64,000 bases of DNA from an uncultured virus (IMG/VR IMGVR_UViG_3300037467_001324) (taxonomy: Duplodnaviria > Heunggongvirae > Uroviricota > Caudoviricetes). Every line of letters begins with the position of its first letter. Positions within the stretch are counted from its first letter, which is position 1. The translations under genes and the position numbers were made by a program. Below are positions 47,762 to 57,214 of the stretch, one piece after another. The DNA lies in IMG/VR virus record IMGVR_UViG_3300037467_001324; one strand, 5' to 3'. The notes beneath the pieces were generated by a model. The model saw only the letters and a program-made list of their open reading frames with translations, was not told where the DNA came from and searched no databases.

Positions 47762-47790
47762 AAAAGAAAAGGGGCGCTCCAGCGCCCCTT
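47762..47790 (-). terminator. Rho-independent terminator
   Basis: AAGGGGCGCT/AGCGCCCCTT stem with an A-tract on the + strand left side. Confidence 0.8.
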
Positions 47791-47971
47791 AGTTAGTGCC
47801 GTGCCAGCCTTTGAGCCATTCGACTCCAGCCTGGATTCCCCATTTGCTGTCGGGCGGCGCTGCGGGCGTATAGGGACAATCCGCGACCGGAACACCGGCG
47901 CTGCGTGCCGCCCTGCCTTCCTCCCGATAATGTTCGCGCAGGCGCTTTCGACCTTCTTCGCGTGTCATCAT
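47789..47971 (-). CDS. Rmf/CrpP-like small protein
   Basis: Y.EEG.AA..AG…CPY…W..GW pattern. Confidence 0.55.
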   Translation of the reverse strand: MMTREEGRKRLREHYREEGRAARSAGVPVADCPYTPAAPPDSKWGIQAGVEWLKGWHGTN

Positions 47972-48152
47972 TTCAGCGCCGCGACGTTAGCAAGACGAAG
48001 GCGAGTTGAATGATTATCAGGGCAATGAACACCGGGTTCCAACGGGCGAATTTTCGCCGCGCCTCCTGCCTCTGTTGCTTCGTCGTTAGCATACAGCTGA
48101 CGAGGCCAAGCATGGCAATTAGGACGATTGCTGCGGTCATATGCGCCGCCTT

Positions 48153-51100
48153 TTACCGGAAAAACAGGGCGCGCGGGTAGTCCTCGCGGACGGCGTCCTT
48201 AGCGGCTTCGCGGCTTCCGTCGCGCCACCAGTGCGGGAATCGTTTGGCGAACTCATCATGGCCCGGCGACCCGAGCGGCGCGCCGCTGCGCGCGACAAAT
48301 GCAGCTGCGCGGTCCTTTGGATAAATGCGAACCGTCATAAAGTCGCCCGCGCCGTTCCAGGCTTCGAACAATTCTCCACCGTGTCCCCAATAGGCGCCGC
48401 CTGGGTCATAGCCTCCGGAATCGAGCGCCACTTTGCGCAGATGAAAGCGGCGATCGGAAGCGCGCGCCTCCAATGATTCCAATTCCTCGCGGGCGTCGGT
48501 TAGCAGCTTTTCACGGTGCGCCACATAATCCGCATGAGTCGGAAAATTTGGCGTGAAACTAACAACTCCGCTTTCGCGGTCGGTTTCATACCAGCCGGGA
48601 TTAAAGCCGTCGCGCGCCTCTTTTAGGTCGCGTTCCATATCTGCAACCCTTTCGCGAGCGTCGGCTAGCAAGGAATCCGCGTGGCGGTTGCCGCGGCCCA
48701 TGCTGGCGCCGCGCCTCCGATCTCCCATGTAGCCGCGATCCGGCGTTGTGCATGTTTCAAGTTGAATCATTGACGAACTCCCCTTTTTAGTGAGTCGAGT
48801 AGCCGCCAGAAACCGAGAACGGCCACGGCGGCTACTCCGAAACCTATTGCTGTTGGCGAGATGTAACCCGCGGCTAGTGCGATGGCGGCAGCGCCGCCGA
48901 CTGCGATTGCGCGGGTCATTCGTCTGTTTCCTCGAACGGGAAACATTCGATCCAGGCCGGAGCGTCGCCAGAGTCGTCCCCTAGCAATTTCCAAGGGTTG
49001 TCGATCCGCAACAGGTCCTCACGGCAATCGCCGCCAAAGTCTGCCGGATGGAACGCACAGCAGCCGCCGCACTCATAAAGGACCGGAGTGACTCCCTGCC
49101 CGAAATAAGCAGTGATCGCGGCGCGTTGTTCGTCCGCCGTTGGCGGGCGGTAGTGGCCTGCGCGGTCGACTGGATAATCGGGAAAGACGCGCCCGAACGG
49201 GACAACGGGTTGTAGCGTCATCCCACTGCCTCCCCGTTCAGCTCGAGCCGTTCAACGGTTGCTGTCAGCCGCGCCGCCCGATTCAGGAAATAGTCCGCCG
49301 CGCGTCCGTATGCCTCCCGCAACAGGTCAGCTGCGGCAATCAGCCGCCCGCTGCGAGCGCAACCGGTGAAACCGTCCAGGCCGCTCAGGATCCGCTCGGG
49401 CGGGACGCAACCGCAACAGAGATAGGCGACTGCAATGTGGTCGCTGAGGTCCATCCCGCCACCCGTCAACGCAATGCCATATTCCGGCGTATCGCTGGCG
49501 AACTCCGGCCCGAACGGGTTGTGGCCCTCGCTGAATGAAACGAGCGTACACGCGCCAGCGTAGCGGTTGACCAGCTCGACGGCTTCCTCGAGCGACGGCC
49601 CGCCATAGGCGAGCGACACCGGCCAGGCGTAATTCATCATCGGCTGAAAGGAGTCGGCCCATTCGTGAAAAGCGTCGGTGTTCCAGAATGACTCGGCGTG
49701 TTCGTCGCTGAGCTGCGCTTCATCGTTGAATCGCTCGAACTCGGACAATGGGCGCCCTTCGGCGTGGCAGCGCTCCTCCTCCCAATCGTTCAACAGGTCG
49801 GGGGCGCGTTCTCTGACATCGCCGTAAGTCGGTTTCGGCAACGCGACATCATATTCGTCGCCGTCTTGATAGAGGTCCGACCAGTCAATCCAAGCGGCAT
49901 CGGCAGTTAGAAATTGCAGGCTTAAGCCGTGCTGCGGTGCTTTCAACTGTGTCATCGTCAATTCCCCTTTTTAGTGATTCGTTTAGTTGTCGGTGCCTAC
50001 ATAGGAATAGACAGACTCGTCCTCGGCTCGTGCCGCGATCGCCGCGCGTAGCGCATCCTCGAAATGGTCGCCGCGCCAGCGATTCAGCGGGTTGTCCGGC
50101 TGAACGACAGCACAGACTCCGCTTTCCTCGAATACCGTTGCCAGGAAGCGGCGGTCGCGCCGGTCACCTTTGACACGCGCCCGGAACTCGACCAGGTGAA
50201 ACGGTGCGCCGCAACAGCCGTTGCGGTGAAAGCGGATTCGGTCGATTTTCAGTTTCATTTCAACAGCTCCATTTGCGCGCGGACTAGGTGAAACGCCGCA
50301 GCTGTGACGGGCGGAACCTGCGTGATCAGGCCGACGACGATTCCGCCTAGCGCGTACATCGCCAAGCCCAAGCCGAGCCGCTTCACGGCGCGCCCGAGGC
50401 TCACTGTCTCGCTTTCGGATTGTGGCGAGGATCGCCGTGCAACCGATCATGGGCGTCGCGGGCGGCAATCCAACGGTCAACCGCAGCATCGCCGACGCGG
50501 CGGCGCAATTCGCCTTCCTTACCGTCGACGATGAACACCCGAATCAGGCTGCTGCCGTGCAAGTCGATAAGGCGAGACCGCAGCAAATCGTCCGGCCCGA
50601 ACAAAACCTTTTCGGTAACGATGTCCGATTCGGCTCGGCTGTATTCGAGTTGCGCTGCGCGCATCTGGCGACTGAAACCGGCGCGGCGCATTATGCTGCC
50701 TCCGTCACCGCGCCAGCGCGCAGCTCGGCTAGGTATTCGCCGATGAACGGGAAGCGCGATTCAATCTCCGCCCATGTAGGCTTCGTGTCGCCGCGGAAGC
50801 TGTCCAGGTAGCCATTGAAGCCCTGATACAATTCCTTGTAATCGCGGCGCAGATCCATGATGCGCTGAAAGAAAGCGTCGGTCTCAGGTGGCAGCGCGTT
50901 CGCCTCGAGCTCGTCAAAATACCGCTCGTTATTGGCGCAGATTTCCTCCCATTTCCCCTCAGCCTTGTGCCTAGCCTGCCACTCCGGAGAGACTCCGTAT
51001 GGCGCCGATTTGCGCGCGGCACGGGCGTTAGCGGTGAGCTCCGAACGGCTGCCGAAGCCTCCAGAGCCTGCGACGCGAACGGATCGCGCCGGTTCGACTC

Positions 51101-54100
51101 CTACGCCCTCCCAATTGTCCGAATGCGGGTTGTAGGCTCGCACGTTGATTTTGCGCAGTTTCCCTGTCGGCACCTCGCGACGCTCGCCCGTGTGCAAGCC
51201 GGTCTCAGGGTTGCGGAGATATTCAGTTTCAGTCTCCGGTTTTCCCTCGACATGGGTCAGCCCGTACCGCTCAAGCACGTCCATGTCGGCAACCGGAAAG
51301 CGGCGCTCGAGCTCGGTTGAAACAATTTCGCCGATGCGCTTGCGCTCATCCTCGGGAAACTGGCGCTCCTGGTGGCGCTGCCAGGCAGCGTCCAGGATGC
51401 GCCTAGCCAAGTTGCCTTGCTTCTTCGGCATGTAGCGCGACTGCGGCGCTGGAATCTCGTGCGGGTAAATAGTGGTCATCTCAAATCCCCTTTTTAGTGA
51501 TTCGTTTTCTAGTCAACTCTGCGGTTGTAAGTCAACTAAGAGTTGACTTGCGTCATTCGCTTTCGATCTGCCACTTGCCCTTGACCTGGTCGCCGGGTGG
51601 ATTGGCGCGCCATTGTTCCTCCGTCTGCATTTTGTTGAACAGCTTAACCACGGTTGCGCCCTCAGACCCATCAGCCTTTATGCGTTGGATATACGCTTCG
51701 CCGATGTCAGGGCGTTGCCATGCTTTCAATTCGAGTGGGAGCCGAGTGTTGGCTCGCCTCACGCGGATTATTCCGCGCTCAGTGATTTTCCGGCGCTTCC
51801 AAGAATAGCCTGTTTCATAGGTACGGAACACACGTCTACCCTCGAGCGGATGCTTCACAATTGAATCGAGATAGGCCACGCGCGCCGCTTCAGCTTCACG
51901 CCAGTTATCGGTTAATTTGCGCATTTCATCAGCGTGTCGGCGCCGCACATCCTGTTCGGCAGCGCGCGCCGCTTCCCGTGCTTCGGCGTCAATCTTATCT
52001 TGACGCATCCGCATCGCAGCGCGCGCCGCTTCCTGTGCTTCGGTCAATCGCTCTAATTCGTTCATGTCTGTGACTCCTGTCATTCCGGCGTGCTTTCTCT
52101 GAGTCGGGCGATCGCGGCCAGGACGGCGTTGCGCTGGAACTCCTGCAACTCCGCCCCTTCGCTGAGAAACCGCTCCGCCAGCTCGAGCACGCGCTCGAGG
52201 TCGCTAGGTTGCTCGGGACCTTCGTGAAACCGAATCAACTCATAGAGGTCGACTTTCACAGCCGGAGACGCGGCAAGCATGTCGTCTATTGCTCGCACAT
52301 CGCGAGGCGTCGCAAAGTCGCGCTCCTTTAGACGATAGAGAACGCCTTCGACAACCTCGAGCTTGCGCTCGTCATCGGTAAGCGTTTCTTCGTTCGGCTC
52401 GAGCTCAATGTGGACGCGCGTCAACCGGTAATGCTCAGCGCAATCGCGCATCTCGCCGGCAAGCCGCTGCCTATCAGTGATCGGCAACAGGTCGCCGTGC
52501 GATTCCGCTATAGGTAGGCCTTCGATCCCGTTGGCGAGGTCTCGCAACCCCTGCGGATCCAGCGTTAGAATTGTCATGGCTCAGCCCTCCATTGCATCGT
52601 TAAACTCGCCAACCGCATCCGCGCTCAGCGTGTCCAGGTCGCGCGCCTCGATTGCTATGGCATCGCAGTGACAGCCGAGATTGCACGGCGCGCCCCATGC
52701 AAGCCAACGCTGGCCGCGCGAGTCGCATATGATGCGAACCCATTTTCCGCGACTAGGTATCGGGTCGGAGGTCGGCGACAGATCGAGCTGCAACCGTTCG
52801 TCCGTTTTGGCGTGGCGTGGCGTGAAGAGTCGACTGTTGTCCATCATGCTTCATCCCCTTCCCGCTTGTCGCCGCGCTCCCATGTGACCTGATCGCGGCG
52901 GTTCACGATTGCGACGCGCCGGAACGCGCCCGTTTTCCAAAGCAGTTTCGCAAAGGCCTTCGCATCGCTGGCGAAATGGAACCGCGGAGCAAAAAGCCGT
53001 CCTGGTCGACCGGATAGCAATAGACGTTGTTTTTCACGTCAGGCCTCACATTCGATCTGGTGACGGATAATCGCGGCGGCGCGCCGATGCGCTTTCGCGC
53101 TGCGGACTAGGGCGCCGTCCGCAGCGCCTTCAATGCCTTCGCTCACATAGCGGGCGGCAGTGCCTTCATAGATTCCGGCGCGGCGCTCTAGGTCACTGGC
53201 GATGGACTCGAGCGTTTCGCTTTCCGACAGATCCGTGGGCCGCTCGTCGACCGCGCCGCAATGCGGACAATGGTCGGAGTCGTGCGGCACCTCCTGTTTG
53301 CAGCTCGAGCACAGATAGCCGTCGCGCGCTGCGAGCGTGGCAATTTCCTCGTCGATTTCCTCAAGCAACGGCTCGAGACCGTCGCGCGCGAACTTGTCCA
53401 GGCGCTGCCCTGCCTCATAGCGGAGGTGGCACAGTAGATCGATCGTCGGGCGCTTCATCTCATTTCCCCTTCCATCCTCAGCGACATCGCCAACACCTCA
53501 CGCAACCGCTGCCGCGCGGCTTCCCGTGCGCGCTCGGTAGCCCGATTGTCGTTTGCGGCGCTGCGCATCATCAAAGCCAAATCGCGGCGCTGCCATCGCG
53601 GCGCACGGTTACCTCGGGACGCGGTTGCAGCTCCAGGTTTTCAGCTTGGGTGGCGACAATCGGCGAATCCCAATCCTGGTCGAGCAGGCTCAGAGAAATC
53701 GAGCCGCATATCGTGCGACCAACGACTAGGGCTGAGCGCCCCTTCCAGCGACCGCCAATTATCTGGACATGGTCACCCTTGCGGATGCGACGCGCGGTCA
53801 CAGTCCGATCCCCATGATTGCGTTGCCGTGAGCGAAGCCGCGCGTTAGCCGATAACCCAACTCGCGAGCTGCGGCGGCGCTTGGCGGATAGCCGCATCCG
53901 ATCAGGTGAGCGAGGCGGCGCGCGTCTGTGGCGTCAGTTGCCCTGCCCGTCCATTCGGAGAACAGCCTTACTGCCTCCGCTACTCGTTCGGGCTGAGTGT
54001 CGACCGCTCGAGCGATGCGGCCCCACACGTTGTTGATGTAGGATCCGTCCGCGCGGACGCCGGGCCGATAGTCGAATGCGGCGGCGCTCACTTGCCGGAC

Positions 54101-54964
54101 TCCAGCCGCTCGAGCAGCGAATCGACGTGGGCGCATATCTCGTTCAGGCTTGGCCGTTCGTCGCCAAGCGCCTCCTGCCAATCGCGGCACTCCTCGCGAA
54201 GCGTCCGCAGATCGTCGCGCATCTCAGGCGCGGCTGCGATAAGCCTTCCGTTGGCCGCGATCTCTGCCTCTGGCAGCGCGAACGCTGGATCGACGTGACC
54301 GCCGTCTAGCAGCAACGCTAGGCAGGCGTCGGACGCTTCTTCGCGAATGTAGCGGCGGTCATCCTCACCGGTGATGTACCAAGGGCCGGGTGTGTGCGGC
54401 ATCTCAATTCCCCTATTTAGTGATTGCTGACGAAATCCGCCGCGTAGTAAATCGCGGCTAGGATCAGCCCGATTATCAAAGCGACTGCGCCCATCATCTC
54501 AGCGCCTGCCTTCCAGCAGCACGGCTGCCAGCGTCACGAACAGAACGGAGCCGAGGAACGGCACTGCTAGAACCGCATCCCATGCCTGCCGTTGCGCTTC
54601 CTCCAGCGCGCCAACGGGATAGGCTGAGAATGCGGACACTGCGACTGCGGCACATCCGATTGCGATGAGACCACACACCGCAGCTGCGGTCATGCGTTCG
54701 ACATAGGCGACACGGCGGCGCTTCATCTCAGAAGCCTTCCGTTTCAACTGCGGTTAGCATGGGAAATCGATCCGCCGTGTGGTCCGCATTGAACAGACGG
54801 AACGTGCGCCCGATCTTCCCGCGATAGCGCTCGGCTAGGCGCTCGGCCATCTGGCGGCGCGGCTGCGCTATGCTCTCAACCGTGCCATCGCTGAATCGAA
54901 GCACAGTGACGAACGGCTTAGGCGCTTTAGCAAGGCGCTCTAGCAAGGCTACTGCGTCTGACAT
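48153..54964 (-). other. Early arm of about 18 small hypothetical genes (e.g. 48153-48770, 48916-49221, 49218-49955, 49983-50258, 50401-50691, 50691-51479, 51553-52083, 52080-52577, 52581-52847, 53039-53458, 54088-54402, 54728-54964)
   Basis: Tightly packed co-oriented ORFs, several preceded by AGGGGA RBS; 54088-54402 has the common phage HTPGPW…ANGRLIAAAP motif. Confidence 0.7.
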
Positions 54965-54992
54965 TGCGACTCACTCCCTAGTGGTTGATTCG

Positions 54993-55033
54993 ACACTAGA
55001 GATTCCTGCGCTCTAGTCAACTCTTAGTTGACT
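54993..55033 (-). promoter_or_regulatory. Putative main leftward early promoter with operator
   Basis: Minus strand TTGACT-N16-TAGTGT; AGTCA-N9-TGACT at 55015-55033. Confidence 0.55.
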
Positions 55034-55110
55034 GCATCAACCTCGGTTCGTCGCATCCGATTGCCCTGGCGACAGCTGCTCGAGGCTGCTGTTGTTACGC
55101 CGGCAATACG

Positions 55111-55200
55111 GAGACAGCATGGGACAGCATGGCACGGCTGCCCTGCTACGCTGCGACCTGTGGCACAGCATGAGACGCTATGGGACAACATGAGACAGTG
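55111..55200 (+). repeat. 10-bp-period repeats, consensus G(A/G)(G/C)ACAGCAT
   Basis: GAGACAGCAT GGGACAGCAT GGCAC… and GGCACAGCAT GAGACGCTAT GGGACAACAT GAGACAG; another copy at 55367-55381. Confidence 0.85.
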
Positions 55201-55275
55201 CATCGATCCGCTCGAACAGTCGCGCTGGCACTCCGCTGCCTGGCCGACGCGCATCCCCGTAACCCTTTGAATTGC

Positions 55276-55322
55276 GGGTCCTTTCTAGGCGCAACCGGGC
55301 GGGCGGGAGGCGCTGAGCCCCG
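55276..55322 (+). other. Candidate cos site (cosQ plus cosN)
   Basis: GGGTCCT (lambda cosQ sequence) at 55276-55282, then a GC-rich 12-mer GAGGCGCTGAGC at 55307-55318 flanked by GG/CC; gpA-type terminase. Confidence 0.6.
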
Positions 55323-55415
55323 AAAAAACAGCGTTTTCGGAGGACCTATTAGGCCATAGTGAGCCTGAGACAGCATGGGACGCCTGGGGACGGTGACCTC
55401 GAGGCGATTGAGCGC

Positions 55416-55733
55416 ACCGTCACACCCTCCGAGCCTGTGACGCACCTGTGACGGTAGCCTGTGACGGTCATTTTCCGCAGAAATCCGCCGCAAAAGGGGC
55501 AATCGTCACAGGATCACAGGTGTTTCCCTAAGAAACATTATGAATCCAGGGACTCAAGCCTGACGGCATTGAAATGGACGAGCTCGAGCGCGCAAAATCA
55601 CCCCTGCTACGATAAGTTATACAAGGAGGAGCCTGTGATCCTGTGACGATGCGACCTAAAGCTCTGAAATTGCTCGGAAAAAGGCGGCACAGGTAGCCTG
55701 TGACGACCGTCACAGGTAAACAGGGGTGTGACG
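55416..55733. repeat. CCTGTGA iteron-like cluster in both orientations
   Basis: Forward at 55434, 55445, 55458, 55632, 55640, 55697; reverse at 55506, 55514, 55710; 19-bp inverted repeat 55502-55520/55632-55650. Confidence 0.9.
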
Positions 55734-55734
55734 A

Positions 55735-56184
55735 TTAGCGGCCTAAGCCAGCAATGACGCTCCAACCGTTGCATTCGGTTACGCGGTCGCGCCGCCGCGG
55801 CGTTTTCGAGCCTCGCGACCGGCGATCGTCCAAGAACATCCAGCAGATTTCGGGTCGACCATTGACCTCCGGAGTGCGTGACCAGAGCTCGGGGTCGAGC
55901 CAGAAAGCGGGGTCGCCAGGCTGCCACGGGGCGCTCAGTTCGAGTCCCGATTTGACCGCAGGGAGTGGCTTCGGCTCAGCTCGAGCGGCCCAACCGAGCT
56001 TCCATCCATATTGCTCGGTCCAGATGCGATAGCAGCCGCCGAAGCAGTCGTTGATGTTCTCCTCGCACCAGAACCGCTGACAGGTCTCGCAGCCCATCAC
56101 GCTGAGGCCGCAGTTGTACAGCTTCGTGCCGCACGCCGGGCAGCGCATCATGTCGAGGATCTGGTCGAACGCATCGTAGTTCAT
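55735..56184 (-). CDS. Cys-rich hypothetical protein
   Basis: CPACG…CETC…C…C..GC; start uncertain. Confidence 0.5.
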   Translation of the reverse strand: MNYDAFDQILDMMRCPACGTKLYNCGLSVMGCETCQRFWCEENINDCFGGCYRIWTEQYGWKLGWAARAEPKPLPAVKSGLELSAPWQPGDPAFWLDPELWSRTPEVNGRPEICWMFLDDRRSRGSKTPRRRDRVTECNGWSVIAGLGR

Positions 56185-56279
56185 GGGGAAGCCGCGGCGC
56201 GCGACCCATTGCCGGCGACGTCGCTCGAGGGAGGACAGAAGGCTCAACATGGACGCAAGCATAAGCGAAAAAGTGAGCC

Positions 56280-56321
56280 GGTCAATTCTTTGTTGACTGA
56301 CGGTTGAGTCGGACATATACC
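56280..56321 (+). promoter_or_regulatory. Rightward promoter for the putative ncRNA, with a near-consensus operator over the -35
   Basis: TTGACT (56293-98)-N17-TATACC (56316-21); GGTCA-N9-TGACT at 56280-56298. Confidence 0.6.
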
Positions 56322-56327
56322 GATTCG

Positions 56328-57160
56328 CAGGTCATGGCACTGCTGCTTGAGCAGCTAGGTCGACACGGTACACCCGCCCGAGGCGGGGACTCCGGCATCT
56401 CCCCGAGGCCACAAGGGAGTTGCACAACAGCGCCGCTGCGGGGTCCTCCCCTTTGCCTTGCAGCGGCGCTTAGAGTTTCAGACTGCCCTGAGTTCCACGA
56501 CGAAGCGGCGACGGCCAAATCGTGAGATGGAGCAGGAGCGGCTAGGGCGGCGGGAACCTTGTTCAAGCGAATCGCCGCCCTACGAGTTTGCCGGAGCGTC
56601 CTTTGCGTGTCCAACGGGACCGGGTCGTTAGGCGAAAGCGGGTTCCGACCGCGAAATCGGACGCCTTACCGGACCGCGAGACCCGGTATGACAGCCGGAA
56701 AGAACGGTGCTGCGGTTCCGGAGCCGTAGTCGAGGCGGGAGAGGCAAACCTTCGCGGTCTCGACCAGTTTCAGAGGTGAGCCTCCCCACGGCGCCGGAAT
56801 CGAACCCCGCCGTTACCGGGCTTACCGCCTCCCACGGGGACAAGAGGCGGGCTGTGTTCGGCCAGTCAATCTATCGAGACCGCAGGAGCTCGATTAGACC
56901 GAACAACTCCTGCTCATTTGCAGGTCGCAGCGGACGAGGCTTAGGCGCGATTGCTTCGCAGCTGACGTGGAAACGCTCAGGGGCGGTGCAAACCGGAAAC
57001 GGTCACAAAGCGGTGGGTAGCGTGCGGCTGACCAGACTTGCGGTGACCCTGGTCCGCGAGGTTAAAGCTCGACTGGTCAGTCATCCCCTACGGAGAACGC
57101 AGTCCGCCAGGGTCACCTTAAAAATTGGTCCCTGGGCCGCGTCGCTAACCCGCGAAAATT
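56328..57160 (+). ncRNA. Candidate large structured non-coding RNA (about 830 nt)
   Basis: No credible ORF; many helices, GNRA loops, G-U pairs that only work on the + strand, long-range pairings. Confidence 0.65.
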
Positions 57161-57214
57161 CGGAAATCTAACACCTTGAGTCGCAATCTTGCATACATTT
57201 TTGGGACAATCGGC

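Noticed and set aside
55111..55733. CRISPR array
   Set aside because: Repeats are 7-19 bp, tandem or inverted, without unique spacers of regular length, and there is no cas operon.
56778..56845. tRNA suggested by GGTTCGATTCC (T-loop) on the minus strand at about 56796-56806
   Set aside because: I could not build a cloverleaf with D-arm, anticodon arm and acceptor stem. Surrounding G-U pairs and GNRA loops favour a + strand RNA. tRNAscan-SE/ARAGORN would settle it.
56304..57171. Short ORFs in the structured region (56304-56525, 56588-56779, 56707-57171, 56282-56614)
   Set aside because: Non-ATG or RBS-less starts, Arg/Ser/Pro-rich non-protein-like composition, and mutual overlaps.
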